Numbered from the stretch's first letter, positions 10,643 to 21,508 are shown. The stretch is 64,000 nt of DNA from an uncultured Gemmatimonadales bacterium (GCA_963821525.1 CAWGED010000005.1:160001-224000); one strand, 5' to 3'. Numbers and translations are program-made. The notes: generated by a model not told the origin, from the sequence alone.

Positions 10643-10716
10643 TGGGCCCGGCGCGATTCGAACGCGCGACCTCTTGCTCCGGAGGCAAGCGCTCTATCCA
10701 GCTGAGCTACGGACCC
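10643..10716 (-). tRNA. tRNA-Arg(CCG)
   Basis: Cloverleaf GGGTCCG...CGGGCCCA, anticodon loop CTCCGGA, TTCGAAT T-loop; no encoded CCA. Confidence 0.96.
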
Positions 10717-10752
10717 TCACAAGGGAGGAAAAACTTCGCCCCGTCGCCCTCC

Positions 10753-12199
10753 TTATGCAACTACCGCCCCGCTCCCCCGCGGCGACCAGACCGCCTCTCC
10801 ATCAATCCCCTCAGGTACCGGCACATCGAGCCACTCCAGCATGGCGGGGAAGAGATCCACCGTCCGGAGCGGAGTGACCAGTCCCGGATGGCTGGACCAC
10901 GCCGGCGTCTGCATGTGCGCCCGGAACATGCTCCCGTGCCCCGACTTGTGCTCCGGCACTTCGTAGCGCTTGCGGAAGTCGTATCCCTCGTTGGCCACGA
11001 CCAGCAGATCACCGGTGCGGGAGGCGCGGAACTGGTCGAACAAATGGAAGGGAGCGTCGGGGAACGGTGCGTCCCAACACACCTCGAGCCATTCCCGCTC
11101 ATCGGCCACCCGATCGAAGCCTAACGCCAGGGGATCTCCGGTCAGCCGGCGATAGCCGATCTGTCCGTCTTCTTCCCGTGGTGAGGTCGGCCTCGCCTTC
11201 GGCACCGACGACTCGCAATCCACCCTCGACTTCTCCCGCCACGAACGCCACCGCGGGTTCCGCTGCGAGCCGAGCAACAATGTCAAAGCTCGTCTCGAAC
11301 GTCTTCGGATCACGCAGTCGGGAGAGCGGCCACCGTTCGGCTCTGCTCTCGTTGGGTCGCGCGTAAACCATCGCCGAACCGTTGCCCGCCACCATCACCG
11401 CAGCCAGCGGGTCACGCTCCCAGATGATCGGATGTGACATCGTGCGCACGCCCTGGGCCCGGAACCAGTCGGGCAGGTCGAGATGGGTGTGCACCACGGA
11501 AGCGCCGTGGTCACTCACCACGAGAATGAGGGTGTCGTCCAGCTCACCTCGGGCGCGGAGCCGCTCGCGCACCCGTCCCACCGTTTGATCCACCAACCGG
11601 AGGGAACGACGCACCTTGTCGCTGTCCGGCGTGGTCTGGTGGCTGTACCCGTCCACCGCGGGGAACTGGGCGAAGATGAAACGCCAGCCGCGGTCTATCC
11701 CCCGCAGCAGATGCCGAGTTACCGCGTCGTCCGACGGCTGATGCCACAGCGCGTAATGGGCGACGGCACCCCAGAACTTCCGCTCTCCGCGAGAAGGGTC
11801 TCGCTCTTCGGTCAGGCCCTTCGCCACCGGCGTGAAGATGCCGAGGCTCTCGGGCACCAGCTCGAAGATGGAGCGTACTCCGGGAGCGATGTCTTGATCG
11901 AGCCTCGGCGCCTGGTAGCCGCAGTAGCTGCGTACCGCCTCACGGTCTTTCCACCAGCGACCCTGGTAGCGACTGCGGTCGAGCCAGCGAATCGAGGGGA
12001 CGTTGCACTGACCGGGAGTGCAGCCGGTGAGAAAGGGCAGGTAGGCGACGCTGGTGGTCGAGGGGAACGCCGTGATCGCGCGCGCCGAAGAACCCGTGGC
12101 GAGCATGGCCTGGAGAGCAGGGAGCTCTCCGGCGCCCAGCATCGATTCGGCGAGGTCGGGCCGAAGCCCGTCTACCAGCAATAGAACGACTCGGTTCAC
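10753..12199 (-). CDS. Alkaline phosphatase superfamily / type I phosphodiesterase (frameshift ~11160)
   Basis: LLVDGLRPD, FPSTT nucleophile, VDGYSH, VSDHG, HGSM; GTG start at 12199. Confidence 0.87.
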
Positions 12200-12211
12200 G
12201 TCTCTTCCTTG

Positions 12212-12257
12212 TGTATTGAATACGAACAGCCGCCGCTGTATTGAATACGAACAGCCG
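12212..12257. promoter_or_regulatory. Tandem 21-bp direct repeat with palindromic core (putative operator)
   Basis: TGTATTGAATACGAACAGCCG at 12212-12232 and 12237-12257; core GTATT-G-AATAC. Confidence 0.55.
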
Positions 12258-12410
12258 TCCAGAATTCTTTCGGTCGAGGACGCACCAGATCGCTGAGACA
12301 AATTAATCATCTGAACGCGTCGTCGGGAGACTTGCCCCCGACTGTGTATGTGTCTAACTACCGTCGCCCCCGATAAAGCCATGCGGCGGTAGCCCTGACT
12401 TGGAGACTCC

Positions 12411-13450
12411 GTGGACCTTCGCCCTCGGTGCCTTATTGGTTTGTTGTGCCTGTTGCCTGGCGTGCTCGCAGCCGCCGAACCCACCGGACCGGCTCCCACG
12501 CTCAGCCTCGTGGTGGATCCGATTCGCCATGAGATCACGGTGACCATCGGGCCGTTCGATGTTCCTGCGATGCCTTCTGGAGTTGACGGCCACGCGGCGC
12601 ACGAGCACGTCATGCCGCGGTACAGCGAAGAGTTTATTTGGCCGGTGAACGGTTCGGCCGCGGCTTCACGCTCCAGTTGACCGATAGCGCGGGTCACGCC
12701 GTCACTCGCCGGGCACTCCATCATATCGTGATCGAAAACAAGGGACGTCGCCAGCTCATGATGCCGGTGTCGGAGCGGCTGCTCGCCGCCGGCCGGGAGA
12801 CCGGCAACCTGATGCTGCCCTCCAGCATCGGACTGCCGCTCGCGATCGGCTCGCCGATGAAGGCAGTGACAATGTGGCACAACGAGACCGGAGCGGACTT
12901 GAAGGGTGTCACGCTTCGGCTGGTGATCCGCTACATGCCGCCGAGCCAGATGCCGCGGCCGCTTCCGGTGCTGCCCTTCACTTTCGATGTCGAGGACAAG
13001 ATTGGTCTCCCGAACACATTCGATATTCCGCCGGGCCAATCGGAGCGGAGCCGGGACTTCGTGATGCCGGTTGACGGCCGGGTACTGGGCGTGAGCGGGC
13101 ATATGCACGACTATGCGGTCGCACTCAGGCTGGAGGACGTAGCCACCGGTAAAGTGGTCATTCGCCTGCCGGTGCGGACCGATTCGGGCGGCAAGATTCT
13201 CAATGTCCCGATCAAGTACTATGGCATCGTGGGAGACGGACTCCGGTTGTACGGCGGCAAGCGTTACCGCCTGGTCGCGGTCTACAACAACCCCACGGCG
13301 ACTACTCAATCCGGCGCGATGGCGCATCTGGATGGTCTGCTGAGTCCCACGAAGATCAGCGCATGGCCGGCGGTGGGATCACCCGAGATGGCCTACCAGG
13401 ATGCCCCCGACACGGTCAAAGCGACGGCAGAGGTCCATCAGCATCATTGA
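12411..13450 (+). CDS. Secreted PHM/copper type II monooxygenase-like protein (frameshift ~12650)
   Basis: Signal peptide; LHHI, MWHN, GHMH and GAM follow the order of CuH/CuM ligands in peptidylglycine monooxygenase. Confidence 0.65.
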
Positions 13451-13502
13451 CGGATCCGGACGCCGGATAGGCTTGGCAGACCGGGAATGGGTCCGGCTCA
13501 GG

Positions 13503-13777
13503 AAACACAGAGGCACAGAGGGCACAGAGGGCTCCGACCGAGCCCGGTCGCCTCGTAATCAATATCACTGCGTGGCTTGCCGCGAAGCCGTTCTCCAGTC
13601 TCCAGCTTCAACACAAAGAACACAAAGAGCGCGAAGAACACGAAAGAAAAACTCTTGATGTGAATTCGGCTGGGCCTTCGTGCTATTCGTGCCCTTCATG
13701 TTGAATTTGGGAGCCTTGGAACGGCTTCGGGGCAAGTGACGCAGCGAAACCTCTGTGCCCTCTGTGCCTCTGTGTTT
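13503..13777. repeat. Nested stutter inverted repeat (MITE-like)
   Basis: Perfect 28-bp IR AAACACAGAGGCACAGAGGGCACAGAGG (13503-13530 / 13750-13777) around inner ACAC(A/G)AAG / TTCGTG arms. Confidence 0.8.
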
Positions 13778-13817
13778 GCTTTTTGAACTGAAATGCAGTA
13801 GCAGCCCGACCAAAGAC

Positions 13818-13848
13818 GAAGGGCCGTCCAACGGGACGGCCCTTCTTC
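13818..13848. terminator. Intrinsic terminator hairpin between convergent genes
   Basis: GAAGGGCCGTCC-AACG-GGACGGCCCTTC. Confidence 0.75.
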
Positions 13849-13916
13849 ATCTATCTCCGCCTCACCCGACCTGACCGCCCTGCTCGCCCTGTCCGCCATC
13901 TGCCCTGTCCGACTCA

Positions 13917-16535
13917 CTACCTGTCCATTGCCTCGTCTCCTCGCTTCAACTCCGACAAGGCACCACGAATCCGGTCGGCCATCCGGCGTTCCTCTCTCAA
14001 TGTGGCGAGAAGCGATTCGGCCTGCTTCGCTTCCAGCGACAGAGAGTTGGCCTGCTCGAGGAAGTAGTCCACCTGCGACTTCTGAGACAGCAGTATCTCC
14101 AGCGCGCCGCGCAGATCGGTCATCAGGGTGTCGGCGTGAGCCAGACGCTCTTCGGCCCGGTCCAGCTGGCGACGCCGGTCAACCAGGGTCTTCATGACGC
14201 CATCGCTGTCGTCGAGCTTGGCGAGTATCTCGTCGAGTGCGATCCGAGTGGTCGCGATTTGAGGCTGAGCCTCTGCCACGGCACGCGCATCCTCCTGCAC
14301 CAGTTCGATCTTCTCGTAAAGCGCGCGGATCTCCGACTGGAGCGCGGTGACGGTCAATTGGCGCGACGCAGCCTGCTCCATCGCGTGCGCCAGCTGCTGC
14401 TCCACTCCCCGCCACTCAGCGAGCCGAGCCTCGAATCCCGCGATCTTTTCCGGCACGATCTGCAGCGCGCTGGTGCGACTCTCCAGCTCGCGGGAGAGGG
14501 CATTGAGCGCGGCGAGGCGCTCATCGGCCTGTCCCAGTGACTGATCGATCTCCCGCGCCCGCTCGCCCAGGGTGGCCGCGGCGGCGGCGGCGTCCTGCCG
14601 CAACGAGGTCGCGCGATCAAGATGCTCAGTCGCTTTGCGGAGGGCGTTCTGTCGCTGATCCATGTCGCGGGACAGTTCGCGCATCCGCTCGGATAGCTCC
14701 CCCAGATCTTTGACCTCTCCCTCGAGTCCACCGACCGATTCCTTCATCCCGTCAACTCGCTGTTCCACTTCCCGCAGGTCCGCGCTGAGGCCCAGGAGCT
14801 GGCTGCCGGCGCGGCCCACCTCATCCAGCCGCGGAATGATGGTGCCGAGATGATTCTCGGCGGTGTCGAGCCGCTCGGTCAGACCGCGGGCTCGCTCCTC
14901 CATCGCGGCACTCAGCCCGGCCGCTTCGCCGAGCCGCCGTTGGACATCCTCTACCAGGCCGCGACGGGATTCGATGGCGTTCATGCTCGCGGTGAGCTGC
15001 TCCACCTCCTGACGGAAGGTGTCCACCGTCGAACGCATCTTGTCGAGGCCGGCCACCTCGTTACGCAATCCCCCGACGCTGCGTTCGGTGTCGGTGAGCC
15101 AGCTCCGGGTGTTGTCGAGCCTGCCTCGGGTCTCGGTCAACTCCTCGCGAGCCTCGCGCAGCTGCTCCAGCGCCTCGCGGATTGCTTCCTGGGTGGCGCT
15201 CATCGAGCCGAGGTCTTTCATGGCCCGTTCCAGAGCAGGTCGCGCTTCCTCGACGCGACAGGTCCGCTCCGTCAGACCGTTGATAGCTGCCTCGAGCGTC
15301 ACGAGATCGTTCAGGCCGGCGTTGACTCTGGTCCCCAGTTCCGAGAGACGGGCCAGCTCAGTGCCCAACTGGCTCACTTGCGCGGCGAGACTGTCGGCTC
15401 GGGATGCCGCTCCGGCGATGGCCTCGGTGCCAGCGGTGAGGTCGGACAGCCGGTTCTCGTTGTCCGCCAGCGCTCGCCGGATTTCGGCGACCCGATCGGT
15501 CACGCCGTCCACGGTTCGCGACTCGTACGACATCCGCTCCACATGCTGGTCGAGCGTCTGGCGCAGCGCCGCAAGGGTCCGCTCTGCCGCCGCCACTCCC
15601 GACTCTACCCGGCCCATTCGATCCACCGCGACGCCGCTCTGGTCGTGGAGGGTCTGGTGTCCCTCGCTCAGCCCTTCGAGCTGGGTCCGCAGCGCCGCCG
15701 CGGTCCGGAGCATCTCGGCCTGCTGCTCCAGCCCGGTATCTGCCCGCTGCATCAGGTCGGTCAGGTGCTCGAGCTTGCCGGTGGCGCGATCGATCTGCTC
15801 CCGCTGCTGCTCGAGGAGCTGCACCTTCTGCGAGATCGTGTCGGTTGTCACCTTGGCGGCGGCGAGCTGACGCCGGGTCTGCGCCATGGTCTCGGTGACC
15901 GGTGCGAGATCGCCGAGGAGCTGTTCCAGCCCCGCGATCCGGTGCTCGGTTTCCGTGATGGTGCGGGTGATCCGCTGCCAGTCTCCCTCGAAGCTCTCCA
16001 GCCTCGATGTCGCCGTCCGGTAACCGCCTACCGTGGTCTCGTGCTCGCTCCGGACCTTGGCCATCTCGTTCCTGAAGTTCTGGCTCTGGGTCTGGAGCTC
16101 GTCCATTTCGCGGCGCATGTCCCGGAAGGGCTGCTGCATGGCGAGGAAGCCAGATAGCTCTTCCTTGAGCCGCAATGTCGCGGCGACGGTCTCCTCGATC
16201 GTCTCGGCCTGGGTACTGACCGCCTCGATCCCCTCGGCCGTCTCGGCGAGACCCGAGGCGAGGCGATCGTAGGTTCCGGTGAGCTTGCTGACCTGGAGTT
16301 CCGCCGCGCTGATCTTGGGCGGCAGCTGTTCCAGCCCGTTTAGTTGCTTCTCCAGCGCGCTGACCCGTTCTCCCAGGGTGCCGAGTCGCTGCAGCTGCGC
16401 GATCGACCGGTCGGCATGCTGAACCAGTCGCTCGAGGTTGGTTTGCTGCGACTCAAGCCGCTCAACGAGCTGGCGCAGTTCGGGAAGCTCCTCGGTAGAA
16501 CCGTTCCTGCGGAGATTACGGAGAAAGGTGGCCAT
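13917..16535 (-). CDS. 872-aa all-coiled-coil protein
   Basis: Intact ORF with GAGGAG RBS; continuous L/E/R/A heptad pattern; no Walker motif or TM helix. Confidence 0.85.
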   Translation of the reverse strand: MATFLRNLRRNGSTEELPELRQLVERLESQQTNLERLVQHADRSIAQLQRLGTLGERVSALEKQLNGLEQLPPKISAAELQVSKLTGTYDRLASGLAETAEGIEAVSTQAETIEETVAATLRLKEELSGFLAMQQPFRDMRREMDELQTQSQNFRNEMAKVRSEHETTVGGYRTATSRLESFEGDWQRITRTITETEHRIAGLEQLLGDLAPVTETMAQTRRQLAAAKVTTDTISQKVQLLEQQREQIDRATGKLEHLTDLMQRADTGLEQQAEMLRTAAALRTQLEGLSEGHQTLHDQSGVAVDRMGRVESGVAAAERTLAALRQTLDQHVERMSYESRTVDGVTDRVAEIRRALADNENRLSDLTAGTEAIAGAASRADSLAAQVSQLGTELARLSELGTRVNAGLNDLVTLEAAINGLTERTCRVEEARPALERAMKDLGSMSATQEAIREALEQLREAREELTETRGRLDNTRSWLTDTERSVGGLRNEVAGLDKMRSTVDTFRQEVEQLTASMNAIESRRGLVEDVQRRLGEAAGLSAAMEERARGLTERLDTAENHLGTIIPRLDEVGRAGSQLLGLSADLREVEQRVDGMKESVGGLEGEVKDLGELSERMRELSRDMDQRQNALRKATEHLDRATSLRQDAAAAAATLGERAREIDQSLGQADERLAALNALSRELESRTSALQIVPEKIAGFEARLAEWRGVEQQLAHAMEQAASRQLTVTALQSEIRALYEKIELVQEDARAVAEAQPQIATTRIALDEILAKLDDSDGVMKTLVDRRRQLDRAEERLAHADTLMTDLRGALEILLSQKSQVDYFLEQANSLSLEAKQAESLLATLREERRMADRIRGALSELKRGDEAMDR

Positions 16536-16795
16536 CAGGCGTTGCTCCTCGATGGATGCGCGCGCGACTGGAGAGTGCCGGTGGATGACCGGCGGGACAT
16601 TCCATCGTAGGAAGGCTCAAGAGCCAGCGCTAGACTGGCAGTTTGCGCGAGCGAAGGCGAGTGTGGCGCGAATGTGTGGCGGGAAAAACTGTGGCGAAAG
16701 CGCGGCGGCGGAAAACATTCACCCCGCGGCGATAGGATGCCGCAGGGGTGAGTAGGAAGTGGACGGTGTAAGACTTTTCGACTCTTCGGAAGGGA

Positions 16796-18149
16796 TCAGT
16801 GCACCGCGCAGCATCCCTGAGCGCACCGAACCCAGAGCTGCTCGTCATTTTCGTCCCACTTCCACCGTGCCGTTCCAGGGATATCGACTGGGTTTCCGTT
16901 CAGGTCCTTTACTCCGGCGTGGTCCGTCCGATACGCGCATTTGTACTCAGTCGTACCATCTGGCCCCACAATCTTTGCCCACCAGTTGCCGTCCCACTTA
17001 CCGAAATCACAACTGGGTCGGCCTCCATCAGGGAAACAGGTATTCTCGTTGCTGGTGCACAAATAGATCTGTGTCAGCGGTTCCAGCGTCGTCCCGTGAG
17101 GCAGGTTCCCCTTATATAGGTTCAGATGTTCCCGGTACTTCGACATCGGAGCTTCCAGGGCTACCTTTGCCACCGGTATCCAAACGTCCTGGAAGGAGTT
17201 CGTGTTGTCCAAGTCATCGAGTCCGGGGTCGGCTATGATGGTGCCCTTGAATGCCGCAGGGATCAGTTTGCCATTTACGTCCAGTTGTCCCAGTCTCTGT
17301 TCGTCGTACCAGCCTTTGATCTCGAAGACCCTCCGGTCCTTATCTGACGCCCCAGGTTGCAAGCGATAGTCATCCGAAGGGGCAAAGGCACTCACAAAGG
17401 GGTCGGTAACCTCGCACCATCTCTTGTGGCAGCCGAGACCGATGTAATGCGTGTGTCCATCCCAATCCCAGCGGCCAACTGCTGGGTAGTTACCTTCGCC
17501 GAGGCCAGTGCTGGAGAACGACACGTTGAGGGCCTTCCCTCTGGTGAGGGTATCAGGCCGTGCCGGTCTGGTGCAGGTGTAGGGATCCTCAACGGGAACC
17601 ATTCGCGCCGTATAGCCGCCAACTGTGGGAAAGAGGAAAAGGCAATTCCATCCCCGTTCAATCCCGAGGGGTCGGTAACCCTGGGCGCTTCCCGCGGGTT
17701 CCGGCCATGCATAAATCTCGGCGAATGGCAAGCCAGTTCCAGTAGGAAGAATTGGCGCTGGCAGGCTTGGGACCCCCACTATCTACGAGCTGCTGCGAGT
17801 CCCTCAGTTGCATGTTGATGGGAGGCAGTTTAGCCAGGGAGTCCGGAAGTCGATCCAGCACATCCGATACCCAAATTCCCACGAGCGCACCGTACTTGTT
17901 CGGGTCCGAGAGCGAGATCAGTCGCTGGCAATCATGAAACTCCGCGATGGGCGTGGTCTCCCCGGCCAATGGCACGATCGAGACAGCTGTGTCCCCGCTA
18001 GCCACCGGGGGGAGCTTCACGTCATGGTCGGGGCAATCGTAGGCGACCGCAGGGGAGACCCCAGTGCATCGTGCGCAGACGATGATGAGCACTGCCACCA
18101 CGATCATCAACCCGCCCCCCGACAACCACTTCAGCGGTTTTCCGTCCAT
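16796..18149 (-). CDS. Secreted or membrane-anchored Cys/Trp-rich hypothetical protein (frameshift ~17780)
   Basis: 163-aa ORF (N-terminal hydrophobic segment, EFHDCQRL) joins the 327-aa ORF ending ARWKWDENDEQLWVRCAQGCCAVH. Confidence 0.7.
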
Positions 18150-18273
18150 GGGTTCTTCTCCTGGTTAGGATGCAGCATTTGCTGCACGTGACTCCGGACT
18201 GATTCACCCCGCGGCGATCCTCGGTATCCACAGTCACTAGCCGAATGTTCGGCTGGCCTCGACTCGGTTTCTC

Positions 18274-21200
18274 TTAGGTCGTCAAGCGCGCGAGTTTCCG
18301 GACGCGTGGCTGCAAAAAGCTGTCAGCATTCGACCAGAGAATCACAACCATCCTTGCCCACTGGGCGGCCGCCGTCTTGTCCCCAAGCCGAGACGCGAGC
18401 TCGGCTCGAAGAGCCATCGTCCGCACCAGTGCGCCGGCTGGGACCGGATCCTCGAGTATTCCCGGGGCGATCCCAGGCAAGGCACCGAGGGTCGGATCCA
18501 CCCATGCCACGGCTCCACGCAGATCACCCAACTCCACCAGGAGACAGGCCTCGGGGTAGAGAGCGTCCGAACGCCCGTTCAGACGGCGGTATGGACTGCC
18601 TCGTCTTTCGCAGATCCTCGAGCATTCTGCGCACCGAAGTGGTGTCCCCGCTCTGCAACCACGCCAGGCCGTCCAGCAGGTAGTCGCCACTTCCTGCAAG
18701 ATCGTGGATCGCAGTCAAGAGAAAGTCAGGAAAGGCGAGGGTTGCAGCTCTTGCCAACCAGGCGCTTCGCACCCAACCTCCGATCCGTTGCGGGCACGGC
18801 GTTCTCGATTGCGCTGGAGACCCGAGGCTCCAGCACCTTGAGGCTGTCCGGTGGCCCCCCCATCGCCGCGAAGATCAGCAGGGCAGGGGCGGCATCGGAG
18901 AGCACTGGAGCAACAGTCCATTGTTCAGCGAAGGCAGAATGCCGGCTTAGCGAGGCGGCCAGATTCGCTCGTCCGGTAAGGGCAGCCAGGCTGGAGTAGA
19001 GCACCGAATCGGGCCCATCCGGGGGAGGCGCTCCGTTGAGTAAAGAATCGGCCAATCGTCGAGCGACTGCTGAGCCCAGTCGGGTTCGGATGGGATCGAG
19101 AACCGCACGCGCGCCCAAACCTCAGCCGAGGCCAGGCGAAGCCGACTCCTCATCCCGAGTCGCCAGCCTTCTCGCTGAGCGAAGGGTATCGAGCGCGGCC
19201 GGGTTGCCCAGCATGGTGAGTGAAACGGCCAGTGCCTCGAGCGCCACGCGCTTCGGGGAAAAGCTGCCGCCCATCCTGTTCGCGATTCCGTGGAACAATT
19301 CACGCTCGTGCCGCACCGCCTCAGCTGCAGTACTGCTTTGTGCCCACGCCTCCATCAGGCGATTGCAAGCGGGTAGGGTCGAAATGCCAGCGAGTCGCCC
19401 TCCCAAGTCGGATAGGCCACAAACGCGCCGGTATCAGGAGCGATCGCGTGACCGCTTCTCAGGTCGGTGACACTCGGTGTAGAAAAGCTGGCGTACCGAG
19501 AGGAACGATCTGGGGCTGAGCGCTCGATGGATGGAGGGCAGCAGCTGAAACGCCCGCTCATAGGCTTTCAGCGCTGAGTGGTAACTGGTGCGGAACCGCC
19601 AGCCCGACGGGCTCCGGCTGTCGCGTAACACCGCATCGTCATTCGTCAGACAAATGGCCGAGCCGTACCACACCACGAAATCGTCCGGTTCTCGACGCGT
19701 GAGACCTACCCAAAGCGGACACGCGGTAGCCAGATCCCCCGCGCCTGAGTGAGAATCGCCCCTGCGATTGCCTGGTCACGGGCTGACAGTCTGGCGCGGC
19801 CCGCGGCTGCCTGCTCTGCGGCGTAGCGCCACCTCGCTGGCTCAGCGCCGGCCCAGGCCCGCACCAGGGCCAGGCGCAGATACGCTTGTGCGAACCGGGG
19901 ATCCGCCCCGGTAGCAGCGGTGAACGCCGTATCCGCACCGGCAAGATTCCAGGCTTGGATCGCCCGCTCACCGCGGGCGTAGGCTTGCCGGGCGGGAAGC
20001 GACAATGATCCGACAGAAACTCGATGCTCGTTCCCGTCGGACGCTTCGCGCAGCAGCAGGCGCCACCGAGTAAGGTGAACAAGGAATCCACCCCAGCGAG
20101 TGAAGGGGGGAGTTTGATCGTTCCCTCGCTGAGCTGCTTCCCACCATCTGGTACGTCGTACAGCGTGGCGTGTACCCTAAGCGAGTCTCCAGCCCTGGAC
20201 ACTTCGCCGCGGACCAAACGGCCTGCGCCCAACTCAGTCGAGAGTTTGACCGCCTCCGGGCTCGTCAGCGAGGCAGTTCCACGCCGGTCCAGTGCATCAC
20301 GAACCTGGAAATGATCCACCACGCTGAGCCCGCTCCATCGCGCCAGCGCATCGTGCAACAACTGCTCTTCGTTGATGGACTGGGTAATGCCGCTCTGGTA
20401 CTCCATCGGCAGAATGGCGTAACGCGTCGTGTCCGGAAGGGTGGCTTCAGGAGTTGGTGGCCTGGCGGCCAATACACCAGGATCAGGATGACAGCGATCA
20501 GAGTCAGCGCCGCCACCGAGGCGACGCGAATGACCTTCTTTCGGGGTGAGACGCTTGGCCTTGGAGCGGCGACGGGTCCTTCGAGTGCCGCCGCAAACTC
20601 CGCGACATCGGTGAACCGCTGCGAGGGGTCCAGCGACAAGGCTCGCTCGAGCGCAATCTCAATCGAAGGTGACACGTCGGAACGACTGGCACGGAGCGCG
20701 CGACGAACCGAAATGGGGCCGCTAAGGTGCGACGGCGGGGAGCCGAGCAACATCTCGTGAAGCACGCAGGCGAGAGCGTACTCGTCGGCCCTGCCGTCCA
20801 CCGTGGAGGTGACGTGCTGTTCCGGAGCCATGTAGGCCGGGGTTCCGACTGCCAGGCCGGTGGCGGTGAGCTGGTCCTCGGTCATCTTCTGCCGCACTGC
20901 CCGCGCGATGCCGAAGTCCGCAATGAACGCGTGACCGCTCGAGAGCAGGATGTTGGCTGGCTTGATGTCGCGATGGACGACACCATGCTGGTGCGCGTAG
21001 GTGAGTCCCGCCGCCACCTGACGGGTGAGACTCAGTGCCTCGGCAAGGCTGGGGATCGGAGGGTGGGCGAGCCGGTCCTTCAGGGTTCCACCCTCGACGA
21101 ACGGCATCACATAAAACAGCCTCCCGAGTGCCTCGTCGGAATCGTAGAGCGGGAGGATGTTGGGATGGGTGAAATGCGCGGTGACTTCGATCTCCCGCAG

Positions 21201-21416
21201 AAACCGCTCGGAACCTATGACCGAGGCGATCTCATGCCGGAGCACTTTGAGTGCGACGGAGCGGCCGTGCTTGAGTTCGTGGGCCAGATACACCGTCGCC
21301 ATCCCGCCCCGTCCGAGCTCGCGCTCGATGCGGTAGCGGTGAGCGATGGCGGCCCGAAACGCCTCAAACGGGTCGTTGTTCACGAGGGCCTGCCCGGAAC
21401 GGGCATTCCCTATCAT
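18274..21416 (-). CDS. Membrane Ser/Thr protein kinase with long helical/TPR-like C-terminal region (several frameshifts)
   Basis: LGRGGMATVY, HRDIKPANIL, DFGIA, GTPAYMAPEQ, TM helix, then helical fragments ending LWSNADSFLQPRV. Confidence 0.82.
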
Positions 21417-21464
21417 GGAGGCCGGGGAAGGGGCCCGCAAGCACGAGCACTGGGGCCGAGAAGC

Positions 21465-21502
21465 AGTGAGGCCCGGCCGCATGGTGCGGCCGGGCCTTCA
21501 CT
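21465..21502. terminator. Hairpin directly downstream of the tRNA-Pro fragment
   Basis: AGTGAGGCCCGGCCGCA...TGCGGCCGGGCCTTCACT. Confidence 0.65.
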
Positions 21503-21508
21503 TAGTAC

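Larger units (their letters stand above)
9819..10674. mobile_element. Miniature tRNA-Arg-integrated cassette (one gene, no integrase)
   Basis: Bounded by 34-bp direct repeats of the tRNA 3' end. Confidence 0.65.

Noticed and set aside
16595..16660. Minus-strand GCAAAC..GTCTAG..CTACGA resembling a c-di-GMP-I riboswitch
   Set aside because: No upstream GNRA-capped hairpin; the match is only partial.
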